From: Candidatus Heimdallarchaeota archaeon
GTDB taxonomy: Archaea; Asgardarchaeota; Wukongarchaeia; Wukongarchaeales; JBHIFL01
Assembly (NCBI GenBank): GCA_046761065.1
Contig: JBHIFL010000001.1
Coordinates: forward strand, 64,001-128,000
Length of the DNA stretch: 64,000 bases
Reading direction: 5' to 3'
Every line of letters begins with the position of its first letter. Position 1 is the stretch's first letter. The notes beneath the pieces were generated by a model. It did no database searches and was not told the DNA's origin. It worked only from the letters and a program-made list of their open reading frames with translations. Made by a program: the position numbers and the translations under genes. Positions 29,982-41,287 of the stretch are shown in pieces.

Positions 29982-31345
29982 GTAAACCACCCCATTCTCA
30001 CGGACGGAGTTTCGTGAGAAGGGTGCTGTCCCGGAACGCCAGACAGCCTTTTTGCACCAGGCAACTCATGCGCCCACGACTTCCTATCCTGTTGGGCTCA
30101 GAAGCCACTTTTTTGAGAAGGTTAAGGACATCATTGACATCGGCATTGAACACCATACCACAAGCACGCCACACATAGAGACCCCGATATTTCCGATTCC
30201 ACTTGTTTCATAGCTCACATTGGAACACGTTTGTGACGTGTATGCTTCCTCGCCTTCTTAGAAGGCTATGTGTTAATCCAACTATTCGTTTGCGGTTTTT
30301 GTTTAAACATCCTGAAGGGAATAAAAAGAAAGTGCTGATTCGTTTTTTCCTAAGTTGAAGTGTTGTTTGATATCCTTCAGTTCCCCGATTATCAGCTTCA
30401 CAATCTTCTGGTCGAGGCTCTCTTGAATAATCCGATGGGCTGTTTAAGCCATATAGTTGTTCATAATAAGGAACATTCCTGAAAGAACTATGTCAGTTTT
30501 TTCCAAATTTTGATCCCTTGCTTGGCATAAATCGCTTGTAACCTTGCTTTCTGTTTGTTCCACCAACGGTTATAGGATTTCAGCCCTTTCCTTTCAATGA
30601 TGAAGGTAGTCCCATCCGTGGACACACAGGTTGCAAAGTTATTCACTCCCAGATCTATAGCCATGCACTTGGAGGGGCCTAACTTGGAGCGTTCCGGGTC
30701 AACCACATAGACATATTCAATCTCTAAGAATAGCCCGCTCTGCGGGGGAAAAAGGCGGACTTACTTGATCAACTTCCACCGGATGTGTGGGGGCAATTTA
30801 TAGCGTAGATATCGGGTTCCGAGTTCTTTCGTAAATTATCTGCCAAGTGAGAGGTGAATTGTCCCCCCATCGACTTTGTACATGTCTTGCGGGAAGATAC
30901 ACACAAAAAACCCATCTTTCGGCAAGTAATATGGCATTCGGATCGGACGAGTATAGTTCCCTTTTTCGCATTCTCGGACAACCTGATGGATGATCGCATT
31001 GTGCGATTGACCACTCTCATGGTTTGCTGAGTGACTTGCGATGGTAATTGGCGATAATTCTCAATCTCCTTGAGATAGTGATAGGCGCTCTCATATGGCA
31101 GATTGGATCCTTTGGGAAAGTAATATTGGCGGAGGGTGAAGAAGGTCTGATTGTAGAGGTTCTTGGAGAGACGAGTGAGTTGGCGCAGGAGCTGGTACTC
31201 ACGTTTTTGCAACCCCGGCAAATGATTCTTTTGTACCAAGTACATTACCCAGTTCCTCGGAGGTTAGTATACGTCAAACAATATAAAGGTGGTATGGGTT
31301 CAGAATTCTTCTCCTCGCTTTTGCAAGGAGTCTTCTTGCAAGTTT
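29982..31345 (-). mobile_element. Decayed IS200/IS605-family (IS1341-like, tnpB-only) element
   Basis: Minus-strand left-end motif gaagactcc...gaggagaagaat (about 31304-31335) and right end ...ggggtggtttac (to 29982) match the ends of the intact copy at 44795-46158; boundaries approximate. Confidence 0.8.
30000..31245 (-). pseudogene. tnpB: tnpB pseudogene (multiple frameshifts/stops)
   Basis: Fragments MYLVQKNHL...LPSQVTQQTM and AIDLGVNNFATCVSTDGT...KSYNRWWNKQKA closely match the 44891-46153 TnpB; 3' remnants are out of frame. Confidence 0.9.
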
Positions 31346-31568
31346 TTAGATAAAAGCATAAAATGGGTTATCAAGTTAATATTTTATAGCAGAAAAATAA
31401 ATAATCCGAAACCCATAAATAAGGCGAACCCCTGGAGCCTCCTAAATTGTCCTGATTATTATCTATTAATTCTGTCTTAATTTATGCAATAATCAAACGT
31501 TCGATACGATTTTTCATGTAGAAGAGATGTGTTAGTATCCCTCGAACGAAAAAGGAGGAGAAGTAAAA

Positions 31569-32618
31569 ATGCAAGTAGGAATTGTAGGATATGGAGTGTA
31601 TATTCCAAAATTTAGGATTAAAGTTCAAGAAATTGCACGCGTCTGGAATCAAGATGGCGAAACTATGACTAAAGGACTTGGGGTGTCCGAGGTCTCCGTG
31701 CCAGACATAGATGAAGACACCACCACTATGGCTGTCGAAGCTGCACGAAGCGCCATCAAACAAAGTAAAATTGATCCTTGTAATATCGGAGCCCTCTATG
31801 TGGGCTCAGAAAGCCATCCCTATGCAGTGAACCCTACAGCCTCCACCGTAGCAGAAGCCATTTGTGCAGGACCAGGAGACTTTACATGTGCCGATCTAGA
31901 ATTCGCCTGTAAAGCGGGAACTGCGGGGATTCAGATGTGTATGGGGATGGTAGCATCGGGTCAAATCGACTACGGGATAGCAATTGGATCAGATGCAGCG
32001 CAAGGCCGCCCAGGTGACGCATTAGAGTACACAGCCTCTGCGGGGGCGTGTGCGGTAATCGTGGGTCGAACGGGACATATAGCTGAAATTGAAGGGACTT
32101 ATAGTTATTCGACAGACACTCCCGATTTTTTCAGGCGAGAAGGGGAAAACTTTCCGTCCCATGGCTCAAGATTCACTGGTAAGCCCGCATACTTTCGACA
32201 CGTCATTAATGGGGCAAAAGGCCTTATGACCAAGCTTGGGTTGACAGTGGAGGATTTTGATTATGCTTGCTTCCACTCGCCAAATGGGAAGTTTCCCATT
32301 ATTGCCGCGTCTACCCTCCAGATCCCCTTTGAAAAGGTCGAACCCAGTTTGGTGGTTCGCGCAATCGGCAATACTTATAGTGCTTCAGCTATGATAGGCT
32401 TAGCCAGAATTCTTGATATAGCTGAGTCAGATCAACGCATTCTTATGGTTGCATACGGATCAGGAGCAGGGAGTGATGCCTTTAGCATCAAAACAACCGA
32501 TATTCTTCTTGAAACACGTGATAAAACGCCTACTGTTGATGATTACGTGAACAATAAGGTTTACATGGATTACGCTGTCTATGCTAAGCATCGCGGTAAA
32601 ATCTTAGATATGACTTAG
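31569..32618 (+). CDS. Hydroxymethylglutaryl-CoA synthase (archaeal type)
   Basis: [61 protein letters not shown]. Confidence 0.93.
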   Translation: MQVGIVGYGVYIPKFRIKVQEIARVWNQDGETMTKGLGVSEVSVPDIDEDTTTMAVEAARSAIKQSKIDPCNIGALYVGSESHPYAVNPTASTVAEAICAGPGDFTCADLEFACKAGTAGIQMCMGMVASGQIDYGIAIGSDAAQGRPGDALEYTASAGACAVIVGRTGHIAEIEGTYSYSTDTPDFFRREGENFPSHGSRFTGKPAYFRHVINGAKGLMTKLGLTVEDFDYACFHSPNGKFPIIAASTLQIPFEKVEPSLVVRAIGNTYSASAMIGLARILDIAESDQRILMVAYGSGAGSDAFSIKTTDILLETRDKTPTVDDYVNNKVYMDYAVYAKHRGKILDMT

Positions 32619-32641
32619 CAAATCCACAGGAATGGAGAACT

Positions 32642-33805
32642 ATGACACGAGATGTTGCGATTATAGGACTAGGTATGACTAAATTTCAAGAGCACTGGGA
32701 TCGTGGAGTTCGTGAACTCGCAGCTGAAGCAATATCCGAATCACTCCAAGATGCGCAAATCACTCATGATCAAGTCCAAGCCCTCTTTGTGGGTAGTATG
32801 GGGCGTTTTGCAGGTCAAGAGCACATTGCTGCGCTCGTAGCAGATTATGCAGGGTTGACCCCTATTCCCGCAACACGTGTCGAAGCTGGCTGCGCTTGTG
32901 GAGCACTTGCGATGCGAAGTGCCTTCTTGGCAGTGCTGTCAGGATTGTATGATATTGTTGTTGCGTGTGGAGTTGAAAAAATGACCGATCTCACTGATAG
33001 TGGTGACGTTATTTCGGCGTTGGGCGCAGCTGCAGATCAAGAATGGGAACTTCAAACAGGATTGACATTCCCAGCGGTGCACGCCCTAATGGCGCGAGCA
33101 CATATGGCGAAGTATGGGACAACAAAAGAACAACTAGCTATGGTTTCTGCAAAAAACCATAAGAATGCTGTGAATAACCCTAAAGCACACTTCCGGCGGG
33201 AATTCACCATCGAACAAATCTTACAAGCCAAAATGGTCTGTTCACCTTTAGGTATTCTTGATTGTAGCCCTATAAGTGACGGTGCAGCAGCAATCATAAT
33301 AGCGGCTGCTGAAATTGCCGAGACGCATGAACAACCAATCTGGATCCGAGGTTCAGGCCACGCCAGTGATACTATTGCCCTGCAGGACCGCCAAACCATC
33401 ACGAATATTCCGGCTGCCCAAAATGCCGCACAGAAAGCTTATGAATATGCAAGAACTTCACCCAACGAAGTAGATGTTGCAGAAGTGCATGACTCCTTTA
33501 CAATCGGGGAAATAATGGCATTAGAAGATCTTGGATTTGTCCCAGAAGGTCAAGGAGGGATTGTTACAGAATCAGGTGAAACACAAATTGGGGGACGAAT
33601 ACCTGTCAATACTTCAGGTGGGTTAAAAGCCCGTGGGAATCCCATAGGCGCAACAGGGATTGCCCAAGCAATTGAAATCGTGTTACAACTGAGATGGAAC
33701 GCAGGAAAGCGACAAGTTGAAAATGTGGAGATGGGACTTACGCATAGTATTGGTGGCTCCGGTGCAACAGCGATCGTAACCCTTCTCAGTAGCAAAAGGA
33801 GGTGA
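32642..33805 (+). CDS. Acetoacetyl-CoA thiolase-family protein (archaeal/SCP2-like)
   Basis: RVEAGCACG, GVEKM, KNHKNA..NP.A, CSPISDGAAA, EVHDSF, NTSGGLKARGNPIGATG; lies between HMGCS and DUF35 genes. Confidence 0.9.
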   Translation: MTRDVAIIGLGMTKFQEHWDRGVRELAAEAISESLQDAQITHDQVQALFVGSMGRFAGQEHIAALVADYAGLTPIPATRVEAGCACGALAMRSAFLAVLSGLYDIVVACGVEKMTDLTDSGDVISALGAAADQEWELQTGLTFPAVHALMARAHMAKYGTTKEQLAMVSAKNHKNAVNNPKAHFRREFTIEQILQAKMVCSPLGILDCSPISDGAAAIIIAAAEIAETHEQPIWIRGSGHASDTIALQDRQTITNIPAAQNAAQKAYEYARTSPNEVDVAEVHDSFTIGEIMALEDLGFVPEGQGGIVTESGETQIGGRIPVNTSGGLKARGNPIGATGIAQAIEIVLQLRWNAGKRQVENVEMGLTHSIGGSGATAIVTLLSSKRR

Positions 33806-34236
33806 CTATCGTGGGAGAGTCGAGTATTCCCGAATATTGGCGTGGGATTAACGCTCGTTTTCGTTTAGAAGGTTCTGAATGTGCTGCCTGTGGTCATCGC
33901 ACTTTCCCTCCTCGACTTGTCTGTCCAGAATGTAAGTCGACAAAATCCATTCCGAAACCATTCACTGGAAGAGGAATCCTCCGTTCTTATACAATTGTTC
34001 ATGAGGCTCCCAAAGGGTTGGAACTTCATATTCCCTATATAATGGGCCTTGTTGAACTGGAAGAGGGGCCTACAATTACTGCCCAACTTGTCGACATCAA
34101 TCCAGAGGAACTCAAAATCGGATTAGAACTTGAAGTGGTATTTAGAAAGATCTCTGAGGGGGGACGTCGCGGTATCGTCCGATATGGGTTTAAATTCGGA
34201 CCAATAAAATATCCCCCTCGGATCTCAAAATCCTGA
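33802..34236 (+). CDS. DUF35 family Zn-ribbon/OB-fold scaffold protein
   Basis: C..CG...FPPR..CP.C, PY..GLVELEEG, VFRK, YGFKF; start overlaps the thiolase stop. Confidence 0.92.
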   Translation: MTIVGESSIPEYWRGINARFRLEGSECAACGHRTFPPRLVCPECKSTKSIPKPFTGRGILRSYTIVHEAPKGLELHIPYIMGLVELEEGPTITAQLVDINPEELKIGLELEVVFRKISEGGRRGIVRYGFKFGPIKYPPRISKS

Positions 34237-34425
34237 GATTCCAGAACGTTTAAGAGCTTTTTTAGCCCTCTCATCGGAAATAATCGCTCAAGGAGCAATT
34301 TATTGGTGGATAAAGACCCCACAACCTATGAAACCGAGTATACTGATGTACTACTGAAAAACTCTATGTGCCCAAAGGCTTAAAAATCAAAAGTCAAAGC
34401 ATAGATAGGACGGAGGAACATTCAG

Positions 34426-34569
34426 ATGCCACGAATAGTGTGCCCCAAGTGTGGTTCTCACAATATAAAAACAGTTGAAGATAAATCTAAACCGATTGCC
34501 TATGCTGGACACACCCCAGTCTACAAGAAAGTATATGTTTGTAAGGATTGCACAGAGAGATTTGAGTAA
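34426..34569 (+). CDS. Small zinc-ribbon protein (47 aa), below the ORF-track cutoff
   Basis: GGAGG RBS at 34412-34416; MPRIVCPKCGSHNIKTVEDKSKPIAYAGHTPVYKKVYVCKDCTERFE with two CxxC pairs. Confidence 0.8.
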   Translation: MPRIVCPKCGSHNIKTVEDKSKPIAYAGHTPVYKKVYVCKDCTERFE

Positions 34570-34671
34570 TTAACGAGAATTGGTGTGCGATAGTCATGGG
34601 TGATCCTATTTCGTACGGTAAGCAAGAAATCCAATTAGTAATGGATATTTTAAAGATAACAGGGTATGGAC

Positions 34672-35019
34672 CTAAGCGTAGACTTTTGGTTCTCTTTTCT
34701 TTTTCTTCCTTTTAGGTTCTTTCTTCTCCTTTTTTTTCACAGGAACGTGATTCATAGACAATTCTTTGACCCTCAATTTACGGATTTGTTGCAACAACCA
34801 GGTTTCTAACTCCAAAAATTCCACAGGTTTTGCTCTTTGAAGCTCTTCAAGGATTTTCCTGAGAAGCTCGTGTGTTCGAATTGGTTTCCCAGATAGGTCC
34901 TCCAGTTTGTTCCTGAGAAGTTTTTCGAGTTTGTTTTCGTCGTCTTTAGTTAGGTATATGAAGTACTTAGTTTGGGCTTTTTCAAAAGTCCGCGCAAAAA
35001 TTTGTAAAAAACAGGGCAT
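34672..35019 (-). CDS. Hypothetical helical protein with Lys-rich tail
   Basis: 115-aa ORF; C-terminus KKKEKKEPKRKKKKREPK. Confidence 0.55.
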   Translation of the reverse strand: MPCFLQIFARTFEKAQTKYFIYLTKDDENKLEKLLRNKLEDLSGKPIRTHELLRKILEELQRAKPVEFLELETWLLQQIRKLRVKELSMNHVPVKKKEKKEPKRKKKKREPKVYA

Positions 35020-35188
35020 CCTTTTACATCCATATGTTGTCTATAATAATTAACAAACTAAATCCATATTAAAGATGTGTTGCCTTATCTATTTTTTCGA
35101 AAAACTAGGAACTTTTTAAAAGTGAAACCCCGAATTTTTGAGAACATACTTTAAAAGAACACAAATGCGGAGTCCTTGTTAATGGAGG

Positions 35189-36391
35189 ATGTGCCCTGTG
35201 AAATTTGCTTCTGAACGTTCTAAAACTATAAAATATGCAATCCGTGACTTGATTCCTCTTGCTTCACAGCTAGAAAAAAAAGGGAAAAAAATCATACGAT
35301 TGAATATAGGAGATCCCGCCCAATTTGATTTTGAACCTCCCAATCATCTCAAGAAAGCACTGTCTGATGCGGTGATGGATGGTGGTTATAACTGTTATTC
35401 CGACTCCCAAGGATTGTTAGAGCTTCGTGAATCCATATGTCATAAAGAATTGGGAGGAGGAGTTTCCTTGAGCCCAGAAAACATCGTTGTGACAAATGGT
35501 ATCTCTGAAGGCATAACATTGACCTTAGGTAGTCTTTGTGATCCTGGTTCGAATCTTCTTATCCCTGGCCCGGTTTATCCTCCCTACCCTGTCTTTGTCA
35601 GATATTATGGAGCTGAAGTAAACTACTACAAATGTGACGAAGAGAATGACTGGCAACCTGATACAGAGGAGCTCCGTTCAAGTGTGACAGATCGAACGAA
35701 AGGAATCTTGCTTGTAAACCCGAATAATCCCACTGGAGCCGTGTACGAGGAAAAAATTCTTCGAGAGATCATGGATATCGCAGGTGAGTTCTCAATTCCT
35801 GTACTCAGTGATGAAATCTATGATCGATTGGTATTTGATCAAAAACATGTAAGTACCGCTTCTCTAAGTAATGATATTCCCGTCGTCGGCTTCAACGGCT
35901 TTAGTAAGGGTTACATCATTACTGGTTGGAGATTAGGGTATATCTATTTTCATGATCCCGCCGAAAAAATACAGGATCTCCGTGATGCGATCATTCGTAC
36001 AGCTCGTGTTCGATTATGTGCTTCAACACCTGCGCAAAAAGCAGCTGTAGCTGGATTGGAAGGATCTCAGGAACATATTGGTCAAATGATGCGAAAACTT
36101 CGTCCCCGTCGGGATCTTGCTTACAAACGATTGAATGAGATCCCGGGACTTTCTTGTACAAAACCGGAGGGGGCGTTTTATGTCTTCCCGAAAATCTTGA
36201 ATCGCAAAGGAGCGAAAGACGACCGAGAATATGTCATCAACCTCCTTGAAGAGACTGGTGTCTTAATAATTCATGGCTCCGGGTTCGGTGAACCTGGAAG
36301 AGACCACTTTCGAATGGTCTATCTTGCACCTATACCCCTCCTAAATGAAGCATTGGATCGGATTTCGACCTTCATGGAGAAAGATGTTTAA
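35189..36391 (+). CDS. Class I/II PLP-dependent aminotransferase (alanine aminotransferase-like)
   Basis: YAIRD, LNIGDP, NPNNPTGAVY, SDEIYD, NGFSK...GWRLG, PEGAFYVFP, HGSGFG. Confidence 0.93.
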   Translation: MCPVKFASERSKTIKYAIRDLIPLASQLEKKGKKIIRLNIGDPAQFDFEPPNHLKKALSDAVMDGGYNCYSDSQGLLELRESICHKELGGGVSLSPENIVVTNGISEGITLTLGSLCDPGSNLLIPGPVYPPYPVFVRYYGAEVNYYKCDEENDWQPDTEELRSSVTDRTKGILLVNPNNPTGAVYEEKILREIMDIAGEFSIPVLSDEIYDRLVFDQKHVSTASLSNDIPVVGFNGFSKGYIITGWRLGYIYFHDPAEKIQDLRDAIIRTARVRLCASTPAQKAAVAGLEGSQEHIGQMMRKLRPRRDLAYKRLNEIPGLSCTKPEGAFYVFPKILNRKGAKDDREYVINLLEETGVLIIHGSGFGEPGRDHFRMVYLAPIPLLNEALDRISTFMEKDV

Positions 36392-37185
36392 ATTTTTTTC
36401 ACTTAAAAATGAAATGCTGACTCTTTCCCTTCGTCTCAAAGAGACGTCTCTCACATCATTAATTCTTTCCTTTTTTGGTCCACTATAAGAACCTCGGCTT
36501 TGGCACCCAGTTCGATAGATGGAATAGGATTTTTACAACACTGCGTCTTAAACCCACGATCCATGTTATTTTAATTTTGGGGTTTTCCACGTTTTTTCCC
36601 TGCCTTACGCTTCAGTATATCATTCACAGCAATAACCTTTCAGCCGAGACTCAACTAAGTTACCCAATTGGCATAAAATGCTATGTGGGGTAGTCTTACC
36701 ATATGCTTAAAAAACTCTTTCGAAGCGTTCTTTATAGATCCTTGGGAGAAGTATTTGTACGATCTTTTTCTTGAAAGGCCATAATGGTCAATCATATATA
36801 AATATATAAGGACAACATTTTGCCAACAGTTCTGGTCATACCTTCCATTAACATAAAACAAGCCGTAAAATAAGAAACGATCCGCCTAGATAAGTCAACA
36901 TTATTCCAATTTTTCCATGACACTCATAAAATGCTTGTTCTGGGGAGATCCACACTCCTGTGGCAAATTTATGATGTGAAAGTAACCCAATTCCTATTAC
37001 AAACCAAATAATGGCTATTTGTGCCGTTGTTTGCAATGCACATGTCACCGTTATTATACCTGAAACACACTGAATGGCTGCACCGAGTTGCCCCAATTAA
37101 ATTTCCCAAATGTATATGCGCACTTATGACTTCTTCTAAAAAGGAAATGAGCAAAAATTCTTGGAGGGAGCTGTTAGAAAGCTAG

Positions 37186-37650
37186 CTAGTCCTCACATAC
37201 CTTTAAATCTCGAATATCTTCATGGTGAACGAGCATAGATGCAATATAACATAGGCAGCCGTTAGTGTCCCCTGAAACCTCAAAAAGGTAAGGAATCAAC
37301 TCACGATAGGTTGTTCGCATCCACAAATCTTGGGTTGCACAGACATAGCCTTGGTCGGTTCGTAATAGACCAAAACAAAATACTTCATCTGTTATGTTTT
37401 CTGAGCCACTTTTGATATACTTCTCAGAGATGATGTCTAATATCCTATCTGGATCGACTAACTCCAAGTTTGGAAAGAGCTCTTGTCGTTTCTCAAGGCC
37501 CCTCGAAACAGAGCGTACTATATTTCGAATTGCTTCTTTGATGGGTAACCCCTTACCATATCTACAAAGCGCGCATTCAGAAGATCGAAGTCGAAAAAAG
37601 ATACAAGGAAAACTCGCACGTAATTTTTCAAGTTCTTCAAATGGGATCAT
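37186..37650 (-). CDS. Hypothetical Cys-containing protein
   Basis: 154-aa ORF; no family recognised. Confidence 0.55.
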   Translation of the reverse strand: MIPFEELEKLRASFPCIFFRLRSSECALCRYGKGLPIKEAIRNIVRSVSRGLEKRQELFPNLELVDPDRILDIISEKYIKSGSENITDEVFCFGLLRTDQGYVCATQDLWMRTTYRELIPYLFEVSGDTNGCLCYIASMLVHHEDIRDLKVCED

Positions 37651-37748
37651 TGCAACGTCCCGACCAGGAATATAATTGTAAATGTTCAGCTTTTAAAGCC
37701 TTTATCTTTTACTCGTTTCAAGCATAGTAATAAATGTTTATACTCTGT

Positions 37749-38669
37749 TCAGGACCCAAGAAGCTTAGCAGGATTTTCGTGCGTCATAACGCGAATTTCG
37801 TCTTCGGAGATTCCATTCTCAAGCATTTTTCCCATAAATCGCTTGAACATCTCCACCGGTGGAGGATTGACTCGTTGGCCCCCATCACTTGCCATTATGA
37901 TGTTTTCCACCCCAATAGATTCGATCATTGTTGCAATCTTCTCGGGAGAGACCATCCTTCGGGCGATTGAGGTACAATACGCATACACATGCTCGATCAA
38001 TGCTCCGTACTGCACAAATTCCTTTAAGAGCTCTAATGGGGGATCGAGAAAACTCGCTTCTGGATGGGTTACGACCAGTTTATTGGCCCCTGTCTTGGCG
38101 GCTGTTTTTATAAGGACTATGGATTCTTCCAGAGCCAGATGCCCGGTTGCTAAGATGAGGTCATGATCTGCGATCATCTCCAAAATAAGCGATAATTCAT
38201 CAATGAGGTTTCCAACATTGTCTAATATTGAAATTCCTCGTGGGAGGGTCCGCTTTCCTGCAGTTAACATGGGGACAGCACCTGGATCCTTCAAAAAATG
38301 CGCTGCATCCACAGTCGGCATCCAAACTTCCACTGCACCTAATTTTATAGCGTTTGCTACAGCGGTAGGATTAAGTCCTCCAACACCCCAATTCAAGACG
38401 ATCCCCCCAAAAACAGGGAAATCTATGACTTTTCGGGCAATTTGGGCTCTATCAGCTGTACAGGTAACATGGTTCTTTAGGACAATGGCTCTCATTCCGG
38501 CCTTCTTGGCTTGATTCGCCGCCTCGATATCATCGAGGCAACGAGGGTAAATATCTGGAGCCGTGTGCATATGAAGATCTATTGCATCTCTTATAAGCTT
38601 GTCTACGATTTTTGGAGCCATTTCTGTTTCCTCATTATTTACACTAACCAACAATTCGGTATTACTCAT
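37749..38669 (-). CDS. Amidohydrolase/PHP-like TIM-barrel metalloprotein (DUF6282-like)
   Basis: DLHMHTAPD, VLKNH, GGLNP.AV, VWMPT, ATGH, THP, SDGGQ, NPAKLL. Confidence 0.8.
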   Translation of the reverse strand: MSNTELLVSVNNEETEMAPKIVDKLIRDAIDLHMHTAPDIYPRCLDDIEAANQAKKAGMRAIVLKNHVTCTADRAQIARKVIDFPVFGGIVLNWGVGGLNPTAVANAIKLGAVEVWMPTVDAAHFLKDPGAVPMLTAGKRTLPRGISILDNVGNLIDELSLILEMIADHDLILATGHLALEESIVLIKTAAKTGANKLVVTHPEASFLDPPLELLKEFVQYGALIEHVYAYCTSIARRMVSPEKIATMIESIGVENIIMASDGGQRVNPPPVEMFKRFMGKMLENGISEDEIRVMTHENPAKLLGS

Positions 38670-38979
38670 TATCGTAAAGCTTGCTTGGTCTTTAACTCAT
38701 TTTGTTCGCCTTTTAAAAGCTTTGGCCACGTCGGCGTGTCGCAGTGCTTTTGTATGAGTTTATTGATCTCCGTAAGTTTTCTGTCCTTTATATATCGTTC
38801 ACAGGATTCTTTTTGGTTTCTTCAAAGGTGAATGCCAAAAAATAACGTCTTATTTGTATAACAGATCATGTCTATAAAGATGAAAGCCACCGGGGTCCAA
38901 TGTTTCCTGCTTGTCAGGACAAAAATGGTAAGCCGTTACTTGAAGTGACTCTGGTGAGAAGGCTCACAAGGTCTTGCTG

Positions 38980-39750
38980 ATGACGATAATTCGAGAAAAC
39001 GATCATGTTTTGCTTTGTTTAGAAGACAAACGGAAATCTTGGCTTGTCAAAATTGAGAAAGGGAAAGAGTTCCATACACACCGGGGGATCATTGATCTTG
39101 AACAGGCCATCGGCTGCGATTATGGCTCCCGGATTCAGAGCCGCGTAGGGACGGAGTTTTTAGTTTTGGATCCGCTCCCCAGTGATTATGCGCACAAGTT
39201 TTTTCATCGGACGCAGGTCCTCTTCCCTAAAGACATTGCCATGATCATCCTCTTCGGAGGCATCGGGCCCGGGTGCCAGGTAATTGAGGCGGGAACGGGT
39301 AGCGGGAGTCTCACCGCCAGTTTGGCCTATCAGGTACACCCTGATGGCCGCATCTATACTTATGACATCCGTGAGAAAAATGCTGAAACCGCCCGGAATA
39401 ACCTCGAAAAGGTGAAATTGGATCAATTTGTAGACTTTAAGGTCAAAGACGCAAAGAGGGGATTTGATGAAACCGATGTTGATGTCGTTGTGATTGATCT
39501 GGGGGATCCGTGGGAGGTCGTTCCCGCCGCCGCATATGCCCTCCGTGGCGGAGGCCGGATTTGTATTTTTGTACCGAATTGGAGTCAAGTGGAACGGACC
39601 GTTACTGCCCTCAAGACGCCGGATTTTGGGAAAATCGAAATTTTTGAGAGTTTGAAGAGAGATATAATCGTTGGCAAAGACATACTTCGTCCTGCTACAC
39701 GTATGATCGGATTCACCGGGTTCTTGCTTTTTGCCCGGAAATTGGTTTGA
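38980..39750 (+). CDS. trmI: tRNA (adenine-57/58-N1)-methyltransferase
   Basis: FHTHRG, TQVLFPKD, EAGTGSGSLT, DLGDPW, RP...MIGFTGFL. Confidence 0.93.
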   Translation: MTIIRENDHVLLCLEDKRKSWLVKIEKGKEFHTHRGIIDLEQAIGCDYGSRIQSRVGTEFLVLDPLPSDYAHKFFHRTQVLFPKDIAMIILFGGIGPGCQVIEAGTGSGSLTASLAYQVHPDGRIYTYDIREKNAETARNNLEKVKLDQFVDFKVKDAKRGFDETDVDVVVIDLGDPWEVVPAAAYALRGGGRICIFVPNWSQVERTVTALKTPDFGKIEIFESLKRDIIVGKDILRPATRMIGFTGFLLFARKLV

Positions 39751-40058
39751 GGGTGATGGATAGGTTGATAGCAACATAATTGGTTTAGTTTTCCACCATA
39801 ATCGGCGGATCTCCCACTCATTATTTGTGGATTTTTTTATTTTATATACAAAAAATATATAAAAGTTTAAGATTTGATTTGTTTCGTCCAGGGTAAATCT
39901 TTACACGTGTTGCCCTGCACAATTTCGCTATAAGCGTATAGAGTATAGATGAGTACGAGTAAGATTCTGCCTTATATCGAAAGTTAATCGGAGAGATGGG
40001 TAAAGATAGGTAGTAGAGAGCCGTATTTCATGGGAGAGAAAGAAGAGGTGGACTAAAT

Positions 40059-41287
40059 ATGATTGATGGTGAGATATCTATTCATACTGAAGAATTGCGA
40101 GCCCTTGGACGAGTTTTCCTCCCCTCCATGGCCCTTTCTTACTCGGTGGCAGTTCTCCCGACGCTTATGATAGGAGTCCTGCTCCTAGATATAGGGCCCA
40201 CCTTCAACCAGTCAGTTGGTGTGACAGGCCAGCTTCAAACGGCGGCTTCTCTTGTTGCAATGCTCTCTGCTCTGCTTATGGGCGCGTGGAGTGTGCGTTT
40301 CAACCATAAATCGTTGCTCCTAATGGGTTTGCTGGCCACCAGCCTTGCCACGGCTGGGTGTTTTTTGGCACTGAATTTCCCCATGCTGCTGATTTTTTTG
40401 CGCTCTCGGGAATGGGACTGGGGATGGTCGAACCTATGGTGTTTGCCCTAGTCGGAGAGCATTTCTCGCTTGCACAGCGGGCTCGTGCCATTAGCTGGCT
40501 CATTACTGGTGCTGTCCTAACAAGCATTATCGGTACATCGGTTATTGGTTTCATCGGGGGAAGATGAGAGGAAGACAGTTGGCGCTGGACATTCTTTGGA
40601 GTCTTACTACCCCTTACACTCCTCAGTCTTGAGTTGACGATAAAAGAAGTACCCTATACCACCCAGAACCGCCACCTGAAGAGTTCAGGAACATATTGGG
40701 AAGGGTTTAAGGAAATCGCCACCAACCGCTCAGCGATGATTTGTTTGGTTGGAAACATGTTGTTATTAGCTGGATGGTAAGCCGTTCTCGTCTACTATGT
40801 AACATTTCTCAGGAAACACTTCCCGATCTCGGTAGAGGTCGCATCTATTTTATTCGCAATAGGTGATGGGTTATTCTATACTTTGGGGAGTCTAATTGGC
40901 GGGCCTACCGTCTCACGGTTTGGAAGAAAACGCGTAACTTTTGTAACGACTTTCTTCATGGGTATTTTTATCATCACTTTCATGATACCATCCAACCTTT
41001 GGCTGGCGGTAGGGCTTAGTTATTTAGCTGGTCTTTTTAGCGGGATGCGGATGACTGCATCAGTTAGCCTCACTCTGGAACAGGTGCCTCGATTTCGAGG
41101 GAGTATGATGTCACTGAATTCGGCAATCACAGCTCTAGGTGGCGCGCTTGGAGCTAGTGTCGGAGGCTTGATACTGCTCTGGTGGGATTTTGAAGGGGTT
41201 GGACTAACATTGGGAGCCCTGTGTCTTGTCGCAACCCTCATCTACTATTTCTTGATCGTTGATCCCACCCGTGAGGATCTCAACTAA
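40059..41287 (+). pseudogene. MFS transporter pseudogene
   Basis: One missing T in the T-run 40393-40399 breaks LIFFALSGM; in-frame TGA at 40565 and TAA at 40778; MFS motifs RFGRK and VPRFRGSMMSLN retained. Confidence 0.88.

Noticed and set aside
36400-37160. Short ORFs (61-82 aa) between the aminotransferase and the 37186 gene
   Set aside because: No recognisable motifs; possibly a degraded membrane-protein gene but not supportable.
39160-39777. 205-aa antisense ORF, and similar shadow ORFs such as 41845-42414 and 48177-48704
   Set aside because: Opposite strand to well-supported genes (trmI, JAB, abfD).
40565-40567. Selenocysteine or stop read-through in the MFS gene
   Set aside because: The same gene also has a TAA and a frameshift, consistent with pseudogenisation.
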